A stretch of DNA of 64,000 nt, taken from the IMG/VR virus record IMGVR_UViG_2939311655_000001, positions 1 through 64,000 of that record; one strand, written 5' to 3'. The first letter of the stretch is position 1. Each line of letters begins with the position of its first letter. Source of the stretch: a virus. Its lineage: Duplodnaviria; Caudoviricetes. This document shows, one piece after another, positions 8,070 to 17,648 of this stretch. The translations under genes were made by a program, and so were the position numbers. The notes beneath the pieces are model-generated. The model made no database searches. It saw nothing but the letters and a program-made list of their open reading frames with translations, and was not told where the DNA came from.

Positions 8070-9132
8070 CGCCAGATTGCCGCCACGGCCACCGGTGTCA
8101 GACCTCCCAGCTACCATCCGGCGGCAGCCGCAACTAGGGGAGTTCGACATCAACACGCGCCCGATCACGCCGGAGACCATGCAACGTCTCGCCTTCATCA
8201 GACTGCTAGCGCAGCAGGGGATGGAGCAGTCACGACTGCCCGACCCGCTTGCAGCGGGCTCCATCCTGACCTTCCACGATGCAGTGGAGTTCTTCCTCAT
8301 CCTGGCGAGCGAGCACCTCGGCATCTCGGTACCAGATCGTGGTCAGTTCGTCGCCCGCTACTACGACAACATCCATCCAGACAAGGCCGGCCCAGGCGGC
8401 GTCGACCTAGCGGGGCGCATCGGCATCCGGCGACTCACTGATCAACGCAACTCTTTCAAGCACACAGCCGCCCTGCCGGTCGCAGGAGCGATCACGCAGG
8501 CCCGCTCTGACGTAACCCAGTTCTTCGAAGACAACACGCCTCGAGTCTTCGGGCTCCCCTTCGACGGCATCAACATGACTGACCTGGTACCGCAGCCGCA
8601 CACGCGCCACAAGCTCACCGAGGCTGAAAGCGAAGACACCAAGGGGAACCGAACTGCGGCCATGGCTTGGCTTGTCGAGGCGTTCGACGAGCTCCTAGCG
8701 GCATCGACCGCGCCTGACCACTGGCGTGGCACACCCTTCAGCTTCGGGCCTGACCTCTTTCACCAGCTCAGTGAGGGACACGTGGCAAGAGTGCTCCGAC
8801 AGCCGCCGGAACAGGACCGCCACATGCCGGTACGAGGGGCTAGCACACTGGCCAAGGAGTACGTGCAGCTTCGCGAATCAGTTGTCGCACTTCAGCGCGG
8901 GGCCAGGCTGACCGCTCTAGGGATCGACTACTCCGAGTACTGGCGTTTCCACGCCCTCACGCCAACGGTCCACCGACCATTCAACTCCCATAGCCCCAGG
9001 CGCATCGCTACGCCCCCTGGGTACGCGCCTGATGACGAGGAGTTCACCTTCTGCTTGAGGTTCGTGATCTCCGCCGCATTGCGTATTGCGGAGGTCATGA
9101 CGCATCGCCGCCCCCCTTCCTGGCAGGGCTAG
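8062..9132 (+). CDS. HEPN-motif protein, candidate defence RNase (start may be 8179)
   Basis: Helical N-terminal domain with FHDAVEFFL and RNSFKH (R-x4-H); weaker GC3 bias than neighbours. Confidence 0.6.
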   Translation: MMNARLPPRPPVSDLPATIRRQPQLGEFDINTRPITPETMQRLAFIRLLAQQGMEQSRLPDPLAAGSILTFHDAVEFFLILASEHLGISVPDRGQFVARYYDNIHPDKAGPGGVDLAGRIGIRRLTDQRNSFKHTAALPVAGAITQARSDVTQFFEDNTPRVFGLPFDGINMTDLVPQPHTRHKLTEAESEDTKGNRTAAMAWLVEAFDELLAASTAPDHWRGTPFSFGPDLFHQLSEGHVARVLRQPPEQDRHMPVRGASTLAKEYVQLRESVVALQRGARLTALGIDYSEYWRFHALTPTVHRPFNSHSPRRIATPPGYAPDDEEFTFCLRFVISAALRIAEVMTHRRPPSWQG

Positions 9133-9195
9133 AGGAGGGGGGCCTCGACCGGGCCGCGAAGTGGGCCCGCGAGATCGTCTGACGCGCACAAGGAA

Positions 9196-9225
9196 GCGCC
9201 CCGCCCTCGGATGAGAGCGGGGCGC
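9196..9225 (-). terminator. Hairpin terminator at the end of the late operon
   Basis: GCGCCCCGC...GCGGGGCGC followed by TTCCTT on the minus strand. Confidence 0.55.
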
Positions 9226-9301
9226 AGACATGTCGCGGCCAGGCGGACTTGCCCCCAGCAACACCGATCGCCCCCTCCCGCCGTAGCAGGAGGGGGCGCC
9301 G

Positions 9302-9469
9302 TCACTCGGGGCTGTCCGCCAGCGGGATGTCCGGTTCGACGAACAACCCCTCGTACTGTGGGACGGGTTGCTCGTCTGCGAGGCCGAGGTCGACGAGGGT
9401 GGCCATGTCCGCGGCGCCGTCGTCGAGGCGCCGCTGGACCTGGCGGGGCTGGGGGTCGGGCACGGTCAC
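9302..9469 (-). CDS. Small acidic protein of the lysis cassette
   Basis: GTGA-coupled start; MTVPDPQPRQVQRRLDDG... Confidence 0.6.
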   Translation of the reverse strand: MTVPDPQPRQVQRRLDDGAADMATLVDLGLADEQPVPQYEGLFVEPDIPLADSPE

Positions 9470-9825
9470 ACTCCAGTTCGGTTGTACTCGGTCACACGAT
9501 CCGGCGGGGCGGGCGGCTCGATCCGATGGACCCGCATCTGCGTCGTCATCTCGGACACGTACCAGGCGAACGACCGGACGAGGGACCGAAGGGACCTGAG
9601 TTCGGTCTTCGTCTCGTCGAGCTCGTCCTGCAGGTCGTCGCGAATGGCCTGGAAAGCTGCCAGATCTGCCGCCCGTTGATTCGGTTCCGCCTGTGCCCGG
9701 GCGGCGGCCCGCGTCGCGTCCGCCGTGGCTACTGCGGCCGCCCTTGTAGCTCGCGCGGCAAACAGTCCTGCCGCCACCATTCCGACCGTGCCGAATGCGG
9801 CAACGATCCCAGCCCAGATACTCAC
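9466..9825 (-). CDS. Lysis-cassette membrane/coiled-coil protein
   Basis: N-terminal TM plus coiled coil; GTGA-coupled. Confidence 0.7.
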   Translation of the reverse strand: MSIWAGIVAAFGTVGMVAAGLFAARATRAAAVATADATRAAARAQAEPNQRAADLAAFQAIRDDLQDELDETKTELRSLRSLVRSFAWYVSEMTTQMRVHRIEPPAPPDRVTEYNRTGV

Positions 9826-10265
9826 GGGGCCTTGCCTTTCCTGGCGCGGCGCGGCGCTGGGGGGATCGAATGCTCGGGCACCGCGGAGGCCCACAAGATG
9901 ACCCCGACGTGCGAGGTGCAGTACCAGAGTGCGACGAACGCGCCGCGGGAGTACTGGCCGCTGACGGCGGCGGCCAGGTAGGCGATAGCCCAGACCGTGG
10001 GGGGTACGAGCGCTGCGACGTAGCCGAACCAGTCACGGCCGACCCGCAGAAGCGAGCTCGCTGCCGTGACGAGCCCGGCCAGAATCCAGAGCCACGACCA
10101 GTGCCGCAGCGAGCACAGGTTCGTGAGGAGCTGCAGGCCGTCATCGGCAGGCGGGGCGACGAGGAACGACACGCCCCAGCATGTTTTGCCGATGCCGAGG
10201 ATGAGGAGGAATTCGCCGCGGCGGCCCAGCGCACGGTGCAGCCACCGGGCCGCACGGCACGGCAT
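9822..10265 (-). CDS. Lysis-cassette multi-TM protein
   Basis: About four hydrophobic helices; follows the holin. Confidence 0.7.
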   Translation of the reverse strand: MPCRAARWLHRALGRRGEFLLILGIGKTCWGVSFLVAPPADDGLQLLTNLCSLRHWSWLWILAGLVTAASSLLRVGRDWFGYVAALVPPTVWAIAYLAAAVSGQYSRGAFVALWYCTSHVGVILWASAVPEHSIPPAPRRARKGKAP

Positions 10266-10616
10266 CTACACCCCTACGGGACGGGACGGCTCCTTGGCCG
10301 GCGACACCTGGGCGCGGGTCAGGAGAGTCAGGCCGGCGAGGACGACCGTGTTGATGGCGCCGACGGTCTCCTGCGACACCTCGTAGCCGAACGTGGCGAC
10401 GAGGACCGCACCGGCTGCCACGACGGCGGTGAACGCCTGGGGGGCGATCGGGCGGGTCATGGCTGCGGCGACCGCTCCGAGGACTGCGGTGGCGACGCCG
10501 ACGATTGCCCCGGCCGTTTCCGCGCTGAGGCTGGTGAAGCCGAGAGACACGATGAGGCCGAGGACGGCGGCCAGCGTGTTGATGACGACGACGGGCTCTC
10601 TGCCGAAGATGCGCAT
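10266..10616 (-). CDS. Holin
   Basis: MRIFGREPV start, four TM segments, ends TRAQVSP; immediately after the endolysin. Confidence 0.8.
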   Translation of the reverse strand: MRIFGREPVVVINTLAAVLGLIVSLGFTSLSAETAGAIVGVATAVLGAVAAAMTRPIAPQAFTAVVAAGAVLVATFGYEVSQETVGAINTVVLAGLTLLTRAQVSPAKEPSRPVGV

Positions 10617-10619
10617 GGG

Positions 10620-11375
10620 TTAGGACTCCTTGATGGACTTGGCGAGGTCGGCGACGGCCTTGGTGAGGGCATCGACCTTCGCGCGGGTTTCGCGCTGCTC
10701 CTGGCGGACGGTGTTCACCGCGTTGTAGATGGAGCGGATGTAGCTGGCCAGCGTCCAGAACGGGTTCTTCTTCACGTTCGGGTCGTCCGCCGGGGCCTCG
10801 ATGTGGTCCCGGTAGAGAACGGCGTCGCCGATTTCCGCCGTGCTGTATCCCGCCATGGGGTCCTCTTCCTGCTGGGGTTCGGCCACGAGCTGTTTGGCCC
10901 GGGCCACGATCTCGGGGAGCTGGGCGACGATCCGGGGGCCGGGGCACGAGGTGTGCCCGCCCCACGCGGACCCGCCCATCGCGTGATAGCCGAGACCCTC
11001 GTCATCGGGCCCGGCCGCCAGGCGTAGCGGCACGTCGTACTCCTGGTGCGCCCACGCCAGCACCTGCGCGTTGCGGTCCAGTTGGGCATCGCTCAGGACG
11101 TCGCCGCCGACGCCCTCGTTCTCGACGGACAGCCAGGTGCGGTTGCCGGCGGACTGGGCCCACGCCCGGTCATCGGTGTCCACCCACTGCCGCAGAGCGC
11201 CGCCCTTGCCCGTCCCGAAGTGGGACGACGCCTGCGCGGTGGGGTTGTCGAACCATGCCTGGGAGCCTTCGAGGGTCCCTGCCATGATGTGGACGACGAC
11301 CCCTCGGACGGAGTCCTGCCCATCCTTGGTGAAGTTGCCGACGGCGTGCCATGTGGCACCCGGCATTCTGGCCAT
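10620..11375 (-). CDS. Endolysin, N-acetylmuramoyl-L-alanine amidase
   Basis: Amidase_2 motifs VVVH, ASSHF, AWAQ, SVENEG, GYH...HTSCPG. Confidence 0.9.
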   Translation of the reverse strand: MARMPGATWHAVGNFTKDGQDSVRGVVVHIMAGTLEGSQAWFDNPTAQASSHFGTGKGGALRQWVDTDDRAWAQSAGNRTWLSVENEGVGGDVLSDAQLDRNAQVLAWAHQEYDVPLRLAAGPDDEGLGYHAMGGSAWGGHTSCPGPRIVAQLPEIVARAKQLVAEPQQEEDPMAGYSTAEIGDAVLYRDHIEAPADDPNVKKNPFWTLASYIRSIYNAVNTVRQEQRETRAKVDALTKAVADLAKSIKES

Positions 11376-11437
11376 GAGGTCTCCAGATATGACGATGCCC
11401 CGGGCCGGTCGGCGCGGGGCTGATTGAGGGGCGGCTT

Positions 11438-12811
11438 TCAGGAGGCGACGATGTTCGCCCATCGGGCCTTGACGCTGCGTACCCCGAGGTGGGAGTACAT
11501 GTTGCCCCGATGGGTTGCGTCCGTGACCGTGACCGAGTTCGGTGTGCCGATGTTCGTCCGGGTGGCAGTGACCTGGGTGGGTGTCACCTGCACCCGCAGA
11601 TGATTCACCGCCCCCGGCGCGAGGGGGGCGGTGGCCACTCCCCCGAGCTTCGTGGCCGGCGCGGTGCCGTGCGAGGTCCTGTAGATGTCCAGGCCGCCGT
11701 TGCTGCGCATCAGGATGTTGTAACCCGGCTGCCGGAGCCCTCCGAGCTGGTCCACGTCGTCGTCGTATTCGACGTCGTCGACGGTGAGCTGCAGCTGCAG
11801 CGACGCGGCACCGGAGTCCGCCGCATCGAGGACGAAGTCGAAATCGAGCGTAAACGAGTCGTCCAGCGGGCCGAGGTAGCCCTGCATGACTCCCAGGTAG
11901 CTCAGGTTCGCATCGTGCTGGGTGCCTGAGGCGTCGAGGCCGAACCAGTTCGGGGCCTGGAAGAACCCGCGGTCCTCTTTGCCGCTGACGATGCCGAGCA
12001 TCCCGTGGAAGTACGTCTGCGCGGAGAAGATGTCCCGGGCCCGCATCGGGCCGGACGCCTTGACGTGCCACGGGTCGTCAGAGATGACCGCCCACACTGC
12101 GTCCACGGGCAAGGCGTTGTAGTCACTGCGCCGGTTGACGGTGTAGACGATGACCTTCAGCCCGGCCGCCGCCGCCGCCTCAATGCTGGCAACCGGGGTG
12201 AGGGCCGGGTTCAGCCCGATGTACTCCGTGCCGGCAGCGAGGAGCCCGGCGTATGTCTGCCCGTTCAGGGTGCCGTCCTCATCGAGGAGGATCGTCGGTA
12301 TGCCCGCGGCCCGAGCAGCGGCCAGCTCGGTTTCGTTCCACGCCATGATGAGGACCGAGTCAGCGCGTTCGTGCCGCTGCGCCGCGGCAACAGCTGCCGC
12401 GCCAGAGCCGGCGTTGTTGCAGTGGACGACGAGCGGGACCATGCCGCCGAGCTCGGCAAGGACGTCGGCGAAGAGCGGGATGTGCAGGTCGTTGGGCCAG
12501 GTGTTGCAGAACCAGTTCCCGGCGTCAACACGGCCCCGCAGTACGGCCGGGGTGGTCAAGCCGCCAGTGGGTCCAGTCAGGTTACTGGTGCGGGTGGCGG
12601 TGCTGTCGTGCATCACGACGAGACCGTCGTCCTGGAGCAGGTAGACGTCGATCTCGATCGCGTCGATGCCCAGCTCGGCCGCCATGCGGTAGGCCTCGAT
12701 AGTGTTCTCCGGGGCCATGAACCGGCCGCCGCGGTGCGCGATCCAGCGAGGTGCTGGCAGGTCGGCGAGCTCCGCCCACGTGGCTGCCGGGTAGGTCGGG
12801 TCGAGCGGCAC
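11438..12811 (-). CDS. Tail-associated glycerophosphodiester phosphodiesterase (GDPD) with C-terminal beta domain
   Basis: IAHRGG...PENT, IEIDV, VVMHD, VYTVN, VISDDP. Confidence 0.88.
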   Translation of the reverse strand: MPLDPTYPAATWAELADLPAPRWIAHRGGRFMAPENTIEAYRMAAELGIDAIEIDVYLLQDDGLVVMHDSTATRTSNLTGPTGGLTTPAVLRGRVDAGNWFCNTWPNDLHIPLFADVLAELGGMVPLVVHCNNAGSGAAAVAAAQRHERADSVLIMAWNETELAAARAAGIPTILLDEDGTLNGQTYAGLLAAGTEYIGLNPALTPVASIEAAAAAGLKVIVYTVNRRSDYNALPVDAVWAVISDDPWHVKASGPMRARDIFSAQTYFHGMLGIVSGKEDRGFFQAPNWFGLDASGTQHDANLSYLGVMQGYLGPLDDSFTLDFDFVLDAADSGAASLQLQLTVDDVEYDDDVDQLGGLRQPGYNILMRSNGGLDIYRTSHGTAPATKLGGVATAPLAPGAVNHLRVQVTPTQVTATRTNIGTPNSVTVTDATHRGNMYSHLGVRSVKARWANIVAS

Positions 12812-12821
12812 TGGAGTCCCT

Positions 12822-13430
12822 TCAGAGCGTGTACATGATGTTGTTGAGGCTGATCCACGGAGGGGTCGCAGCGGACTTGGCGACGATTTCCACGGTTCCG
12901 TCCGGGTTGAAGTCGATCTTCATCGAGAGCTGGTCGGAGTTGACACCCGAGCAAGCTGCGGTGACGGTACGGCGGTCCGTGGGTCGGGACCCTGCGGGCA
13001 TGGCCGTCGACAGGAACATGCCGCTATTGGCAGGGGTTGCGCCGCTGTACGTGACGCTGATGCCGCCCGACCACATGATGGCGGTCTCCCCGAACAGGTT
13101 GACCCGGCGCCAGCGCACGGTCCCGTTCGCGTTGCCGTTATTGGTGTAGCCGGTAGCCAGGGCAGGCGCTGTCCAGGTCTGCGATCCGGCCGCCACGACC
13201 GTCCACGCCGCCCCGTCGTACAAGGTCAGAAGATTGGTGTCCTGCAGCCACGCCAGCATGCCTTCGACCGGGGCGGCGAGCGTCGCCCCACGTATCGAGG
13301 CTGAAGCGAACCGCATGACGGAGCGAGGGATCACGCCGGCGGCGAGCAGGCCGATGGCATCAGGGATGCTCGGTGGGTCTGTCATCTGGTACAGATCGAT
13401 GCCCTGGCCGTAGCTGTCAGGCGTCGGCAT
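12822..13430 (-). CDS. Minor tail protein
   Basis: Position in tail cluster; PVEGMLAWLQDT motif, ends WISLNNIMY. Confidence 0.75.
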   Translation of the reverse strand: MPTPDSYGQGIDLYQMTDPPSIPDAIGLLAAGVIPRSVMRFASASIRGATLAAPVEGMLAWLQDTNLLTLYDGAAWTVVAAGSQTWTAPALATGYTNNGNANGTVRWRRVNLFGETAIMWSGGISVTYSGATPANSGMFLSTAMPAGSRPTDRRTVTAACSGVNSDQLSMKIDFNPDGTVEIVAKSAATPPWISLNNIMYTL

Positions 13431-13683
13431 TCGGGACCTCCGGGATCTCGGCTGGCCAGTCCAGCGCCACGTCGTTCGGGCGGCCGTAGAACGGGCTCAC
13501 CACCCAGCCCTTCGCCGCATAGAAGTCGCGAAGCATGCCTGCGAGGTCCTCGGAGCTGATCGGCTCCGCCCCCTCTGGCAGGTACTCCGAGAACGCAGAG
13601 AACGAAAGGCTTCCGGTGCCGCCATCGGCGTGCGCCATCTGGGCGTAGAAAGTTGCCTGCGCCGAAAAATCTTCGCCGCGCAT
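13417..13683 (-). CDS. Tail-cluster hypothetical protein
   Basis: GAGGAGG RBS; in operon. Confidence 0.65.
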   Translation of the reverse strand: MRGEDFSAQATFYAQMAHADGGTGSLSFSAFSEYLPEGAEPISSEDLAGMLRDFYAAKGWVVSPFYGRPNDVALDWPAEIPEVPNADA

Positions 13684-13692
13684 GTGGCCTCC

Positions 13693-14325
13693 TCAGAGGT
13701 CGTAGTAGGAGCCGTCCAGGGCGAACCACCGGGTGTAGTTCGGATTGGCCGTGCCATGGATTTGCAGCACGCCGGCAGTGGACACCTCGGCCGCGGTGAC
13801 GCCCTTCGTGTCCGAGCTGGACTGGCGACGGACTGTCCATGTGCGGGCGTATGCAGGTCGGGCTGCCACAGGAAGCGCCGAGGCGAAAGCCGTCTGGGCG
13901 ATGACGTCGGAAGCGCAACTGACACCGCCCCTGAGCTCGACTCGTCCAGATCCTGCGACCGTGACGACCCTGTACTGGGCCGGGCCGAAAATGCTGTACG
14001 GAGTAGTGAACCCGGAGAGGACTGGAATGCTCGTCCACCCTCCGTTGGACGCCGTAGCCCCCGCGTACCGGCCGAGCGCCACAGCCGCCCCGGCGGAGGA
14101 GACGGTCACTCGGATGATGTCGCCGACGGCCGGGGCCTGGTAGGCCTCGTCCCGCAGAGCGATGATGCCGTCCGTTGTGGTGACCGTGCCGTCTGCACCG
14201 ACCGTGTCGACGACCGCTCGGTACCAGTCGCTTCCCCGCACCGCAGGGGTCGTGGCGCCGACCTGAGCCGCTTGCCGTTTCAGGGAGCCGGCTATACCGC
14301 GATTGGATGCACCGTTCGCCTTCAC
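13693..14325 (-). CDS. Minor tail protein
   Basis: Beta-rich; GRVELRG, LPVAARP, WFALDG motifs. Confidence 0.75.
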   Translation of the reverse strand: MKANGASNRGIAGSLKRQAAQVGATTPAVRGSDWYRAVVDTVGADGTVTTTDGIIALRDEAYQAPAVGDIIRVTVSSAGAAVALGRYAGATASNGGWTSIPVLSGFTTPYSIFGPAQYRVVTVAGSGRVELRGGVSCASDVIAQTAFASALPVAARPAYARTWTVRRQSSSDTKGVTAAEVSTAGVLQIHGTANPNYTRWFALDGSYYDL

Positions 14326-15410
14326 CCATCCTCCTTCGCCGAGATTGTTCCGATCGGGAAGTCGCCGCCGATGTCCAGCGGGACGGCAAGACTCGCGATC
14401 TGGTGGAGTTCTCGTAGTCCGTCAGGGTGCGTGACCCGGATGACGTCCCCGGGTTCCAGGGCTGGGTTGGGGAGCGAACCGAGGTCCCCTTTGGTGTTCG
14501 GGGCCTTCGCAGCGATGAGCTTCACGTTCGCCGCCGCTGCGCACGCGACGAGCGTCGTCAGGGTGGAGCTGCTGTATGTCGTCGGCCGGTGCCCGAACGC
14601 GCCATCCCAGTACGTTGGGCTGCCAGGATCCGAATCAACCGCCAGGTACTGCACTGGGGCACCTGCACCCGAGGCCTCGCCCTTCGCGAGGACGCCATTG
14701 AAGACACCGTCGACGCTCATGGCCCGGGTTCCCTTGACATAGACACCCCCCTCAGTTGCCTCGACAGCCCAGACCGGATCCGCCGAAAGGACGTCGGGCA
14801 GGACGCCGATGACGAAGGCGCCGTCCGCGTTTACGTAGCATTCCGCGCCGGCAGCAGCGGCGACTTCCTGGCACGCCGCCCACGGGTCACCGTCGACATC
14901 CCAGGCGCGGGGCCCGATCGGGGTGTCCACGATGAGGCTGATCACTTGGGCGTCCGCGATGGACCGTCTGATCAGAGAGGTGATTGCGCCGACGACGGTG
15001 CCGGTGGCCTGGTACGGGGTGGTGAATTTGTCGTCTGCGACGATCACCGAGATGTCTTTGCCGGTCAGGGTGACCGGCCCGTCGCTGGGGTCACCTTCCA
15101 CCCCATCGAGGCGGAACAGGCCGAGCGGGACCAGTTCTGTGGTGCCGTCGCCGTATTCGACACCGCGGCTGATCAGGAGCCGGGCTCCGTAGGTGGCGAG
15201 CTGGTCGGTAGGGGTGAGCGGGATCAGCGAGACGTCTGCGCTGGTGACGGTGCACGTGCGGCGGATTGCCTGCCCGCGGTCGACCGTGACGCTGCCGCCG
15301 GTGTGCTCAATGGGGACGACCCTGCCGTCCGTCAGGAAGAGCAGCACTTCCGTCACCGGGTTGTGGGACTCGGCCAGTCGGGCCAGGAACCGGGATGTGA
15401 CGGGGTACAT
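14322..15410 (-). CDS. Tail protein (DUF5047-like hub)
   Basis: MYPVTSRF, GGSVTVD, RRTC, VPLGLF, PNPALEPGDVI. Confidence 0.8.
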   Translation of the reverse strand: MYPVTSRFLARLAESHNPVTEVLLFLTDGRVVPIEHTGGSVTVDRGQAIRRTCTVTSADVSLIPLTPTDQLATYGARLLISRGVEYGDGTTELVPLGLFRLDGVEGDPSDGPVTLTGKDISVIVADDKFTTPYQATGTVVGAITSLIRRSIADAQVISLIVDTPIGPRAWDVDGDPWAACQEVAAAAGAECYVNADGAFVIGVLPDVLSADPVWAVEATEGGVYVKGTRAMSVDGVFNGVLAKGEASGAGAPVQYLAVDSDPGSPTYWDGAFGHRPTTYSSSTLTTLVACAAAANVKLIAAKAPNTKGDLGSLPNPALEPGDVIRVTHPDGLRELHQIASLAVPLDIGGDFPIGTISAKEDG

Positions 15411-15413
15411 GGC

Positions 15414-17648
15414 TCACTCCATCCGAATGTCGAGGAGGAGCCCCTCGCAGGTGGCGTAGGTGTTGAGGAGGTCTGCGCAGGTCGCGAACTCGGCGACCAC
15501 GTCTGTCCACGTTCGGCCTGCGGAGCCGTTGACGCCGGTGGTGACGGGCATGTCCTGCTCGGTCAGTGGCAGCGTCCAGGCCCTCATCGGATCCATGGCC
15601 GTGCCGCCGGTCCGGCCTTCGGCGATCTGGCCGACGCTGACGTACATGTCCGTGACACCCATGCCAGGTGCGGCCTGCCACAGGATGATGTGCCCGTCGT
15701 CCAGGAGCCAGTTCAGTGCAGCCCGTTCCTCGTCGGAGACAGTCCAGAGGGTCAGATCTCCCTCCATACCCTGGCGTCGGCCGCCAAGTACGACCTTGTT
15801 GCGGCGGCCCTTGACCACGTAGGCGGACTGCTCGACAGGGCGGGACCAGTCAGGAGGGCGCTGCACGATCGCGGTCGTGTTCCGCAGCGGGTTGCCCGGA
15901 TCCTTCAGCCAGACCCGGTTGATGTCGGTGTGCGGAATCGTGACGGGCGCCGCAGTGCGGGTCTGCAGCGCACCGGTGACGGGGTCCGTCATCTCCACGT
16001 AGTACCCGACTGGCACGCCCAGGGGTGCCTCGTAGTCCTCGATCACCAGGAGGTCCGACGTTGTGGTGGTCGTTCCGTCGTACAGGCCTGACGGGCCCCG
16101 GACCAGGGTCCGGGCGCCGGACTCGCTGACCCGCCAGACCTTGATCGGTAGACCGACGGTTAGCTCCCTCAGTGTCAGAGTGATCGACGCGGTACCGGCC
16201 ACAACGGCCACTGCCGTCACCGGGACGGCCTGCCACAGCGCCACCCCGTCCAGCCTGATCACCGAGTTCGTGGCAGTGGCCGTCAGCGTGATTTCGACCG
16301 CGGCCTGAGTGGCCCCGGCCGGGGCCGTCAAGTCGGCCCCGAGACGCCACCAGCCCGTCGCCGGCGCCGTCGTCGACGGGAATGCGGTCAGACCCAGGTC
16401 GGTGTTGGTGGCGCTGTACCACCGCACGCCGCGGGTGAGGGTCCACCCCCCGGCGGTGACCTGCTCGTAGTACTGCAGCCGGTACGCACTGTCCGTACTG
16501 AGGAGCGGGTACTTTGCGCTGCGGATGGTGCTGGCTGTGGCTGTCGTACTGGTCACGGTCAGGCAATACGTGCCGTCGGCGGCGTAGGCCCCCCACGGCG
16601 TAGAGCGGGCGATCGTTGCAACACCGGACGTCTTCGTCCACGTCCCGACTCCCTGCTCGAAGGACGCGTCGGCGTAGGGCACCACGGATCCGGTCTGGAG
16701 GACGGGGGCCGCCGCAATGACAGCCTGCTCCATCCGCAGCAACTGGCCGGCCGAGGCTCCGTCCAGCCCGACAGCCATCCGGGCAGTGACGGCCCCCGCC
16801 GGGGCAACGGCCGAGGCCCGCTGGCGTTGGAAGCCGGTGCCGGCCGGGGCCAGCTGTGACCGTGCGGCAGCAAGCTGCGTGTTCGCTGCGTCGTAGAAGC
16901 GCAGCTCAACCCAGGTGACCGCCCCACTGGTCGGCGGGGCGAGGTAGGCGTATGCCTGGTACTCGACCCCGGCTGTGACGCCGGGCCTTTCCACCGAGAT
17001 CATGGCAGCGTTTCCTGCTGCGGTGGCGGTCATTGCGAGGACGTGGCCGCCCGCCCAGAACCAATCCACCGCCCATGAGGTGGCCGTCACCTCGCGGCCG
17101 ATCGTACCGTTGACCTCGGAAACCCAGCCCGAGGCGTCGATCTCGCTGGACTCCGTACCGAAACCAAACAGGTTGCCCGTAGTGCGGATCGGGCTGCCGA
17201 GGTAGATGTTCTCCCAGTAGTGGGATACCAGTGCACCAGCCGCCGTCGACGACAGGACGATCCGGACGCGAGTCGCGCCCGCCGGCGCCAGGCCTGCCAC
17301 ACCCACCCGGTGCCACGATGCAGAGGCCGCCGACGTAGTCAGCGACCACAGGATCGACCCGACCGGGGTGTAGGTGTCGTCGAGCCACAGCAGCCCGATT
17401 CGCTCGGCCTCCGTCGCGCTGGATGTGTCCGCGAAGACCTGATAGGTCTGCCCGGCTGTCACCGGATACCCGGTGACGGTTTCCGCCTGCGTTTCGCCAG
17501 CCGCACCGCTCCTCACGGTCAGGACCTTCGGCCCGTTGCGGCCTCCAGCGCCTGACAGGAACGTGCAGTTCAAGCGAGGCCGCCAACCCGTGAAAGTCGG
17601 GTCCATGCTCTCGCTGGCCGCAGAGAGCATGTTGCCGGGGATTGCCAT
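15414..17648 (-). CDS. Distal tail protein with repeated carbohydrate-binding-like domains
   Basis: Three similar beta modules (APAGA motif) plus DYEAPLG Dit-like C-terminus; follows TMP. Confidence 0.75.
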   Translation of the reverse strand: MAIPGNMLSAASESMDPTFTGWRPRLNCTFLSGAGGRNGPKVLTVRSGAAGETQAETVTGYPVTAGQTYQVFADTSSATEAERIGLLWLDDTYTPVGSILWSLTTSAASASWHRVGVAGLAPAGATRVRIVLSSTAAGALVSHYWENIYLGSPIRTTGNLFGFGTESSEIDASGWVSEVNGTIGREVTATSWAVDWFWAGGHVLAMTATAAGNAAMISVERPGVTAGVEYQAYAYLAPPTSGAVTWVELRFYDAANTQLAAARSQLAPAGTGFQRQRASAVAPAGAVTARMAVGLDGASAGQLLRMEQAVIAAAPVLQTGSVVPYADASFEQGVGTWTKTSGVATIARSTPWGAYAADGTYCLTVTSTTATASTIRSAKYPLLSTDSAYRLQYYEQVTAGGWTLTRGVRWYSATNTDLGLTAFPSTTAPATGWWRLGADLTAPAGATQAAVEITLTATATNSVIRLDGVALWQAVPVTAVAVVAGTASITLTLRELTVGLPIKVWRVSESGARTLVRGPSGLYDGTTTTTSDLLVIEDYEAPLGVPVGYYVEMTDPVTGALQTRTAAPVTIPHTDINRVWLKDPGNPLRNTTAIVQRPPDWSRPVEQSAYVVKGRRNKVVLGGRRQGMEGDLTLWTVSDEERAALNWLLDDGHIILWQAAPGMGVTDMYVSVGQIAEGRTGGTAMDPMRAWTLPLTEQDMPVTTGVNGSAGRTWTDVVAEFATCADLLNTYATCEGLLLDIRME

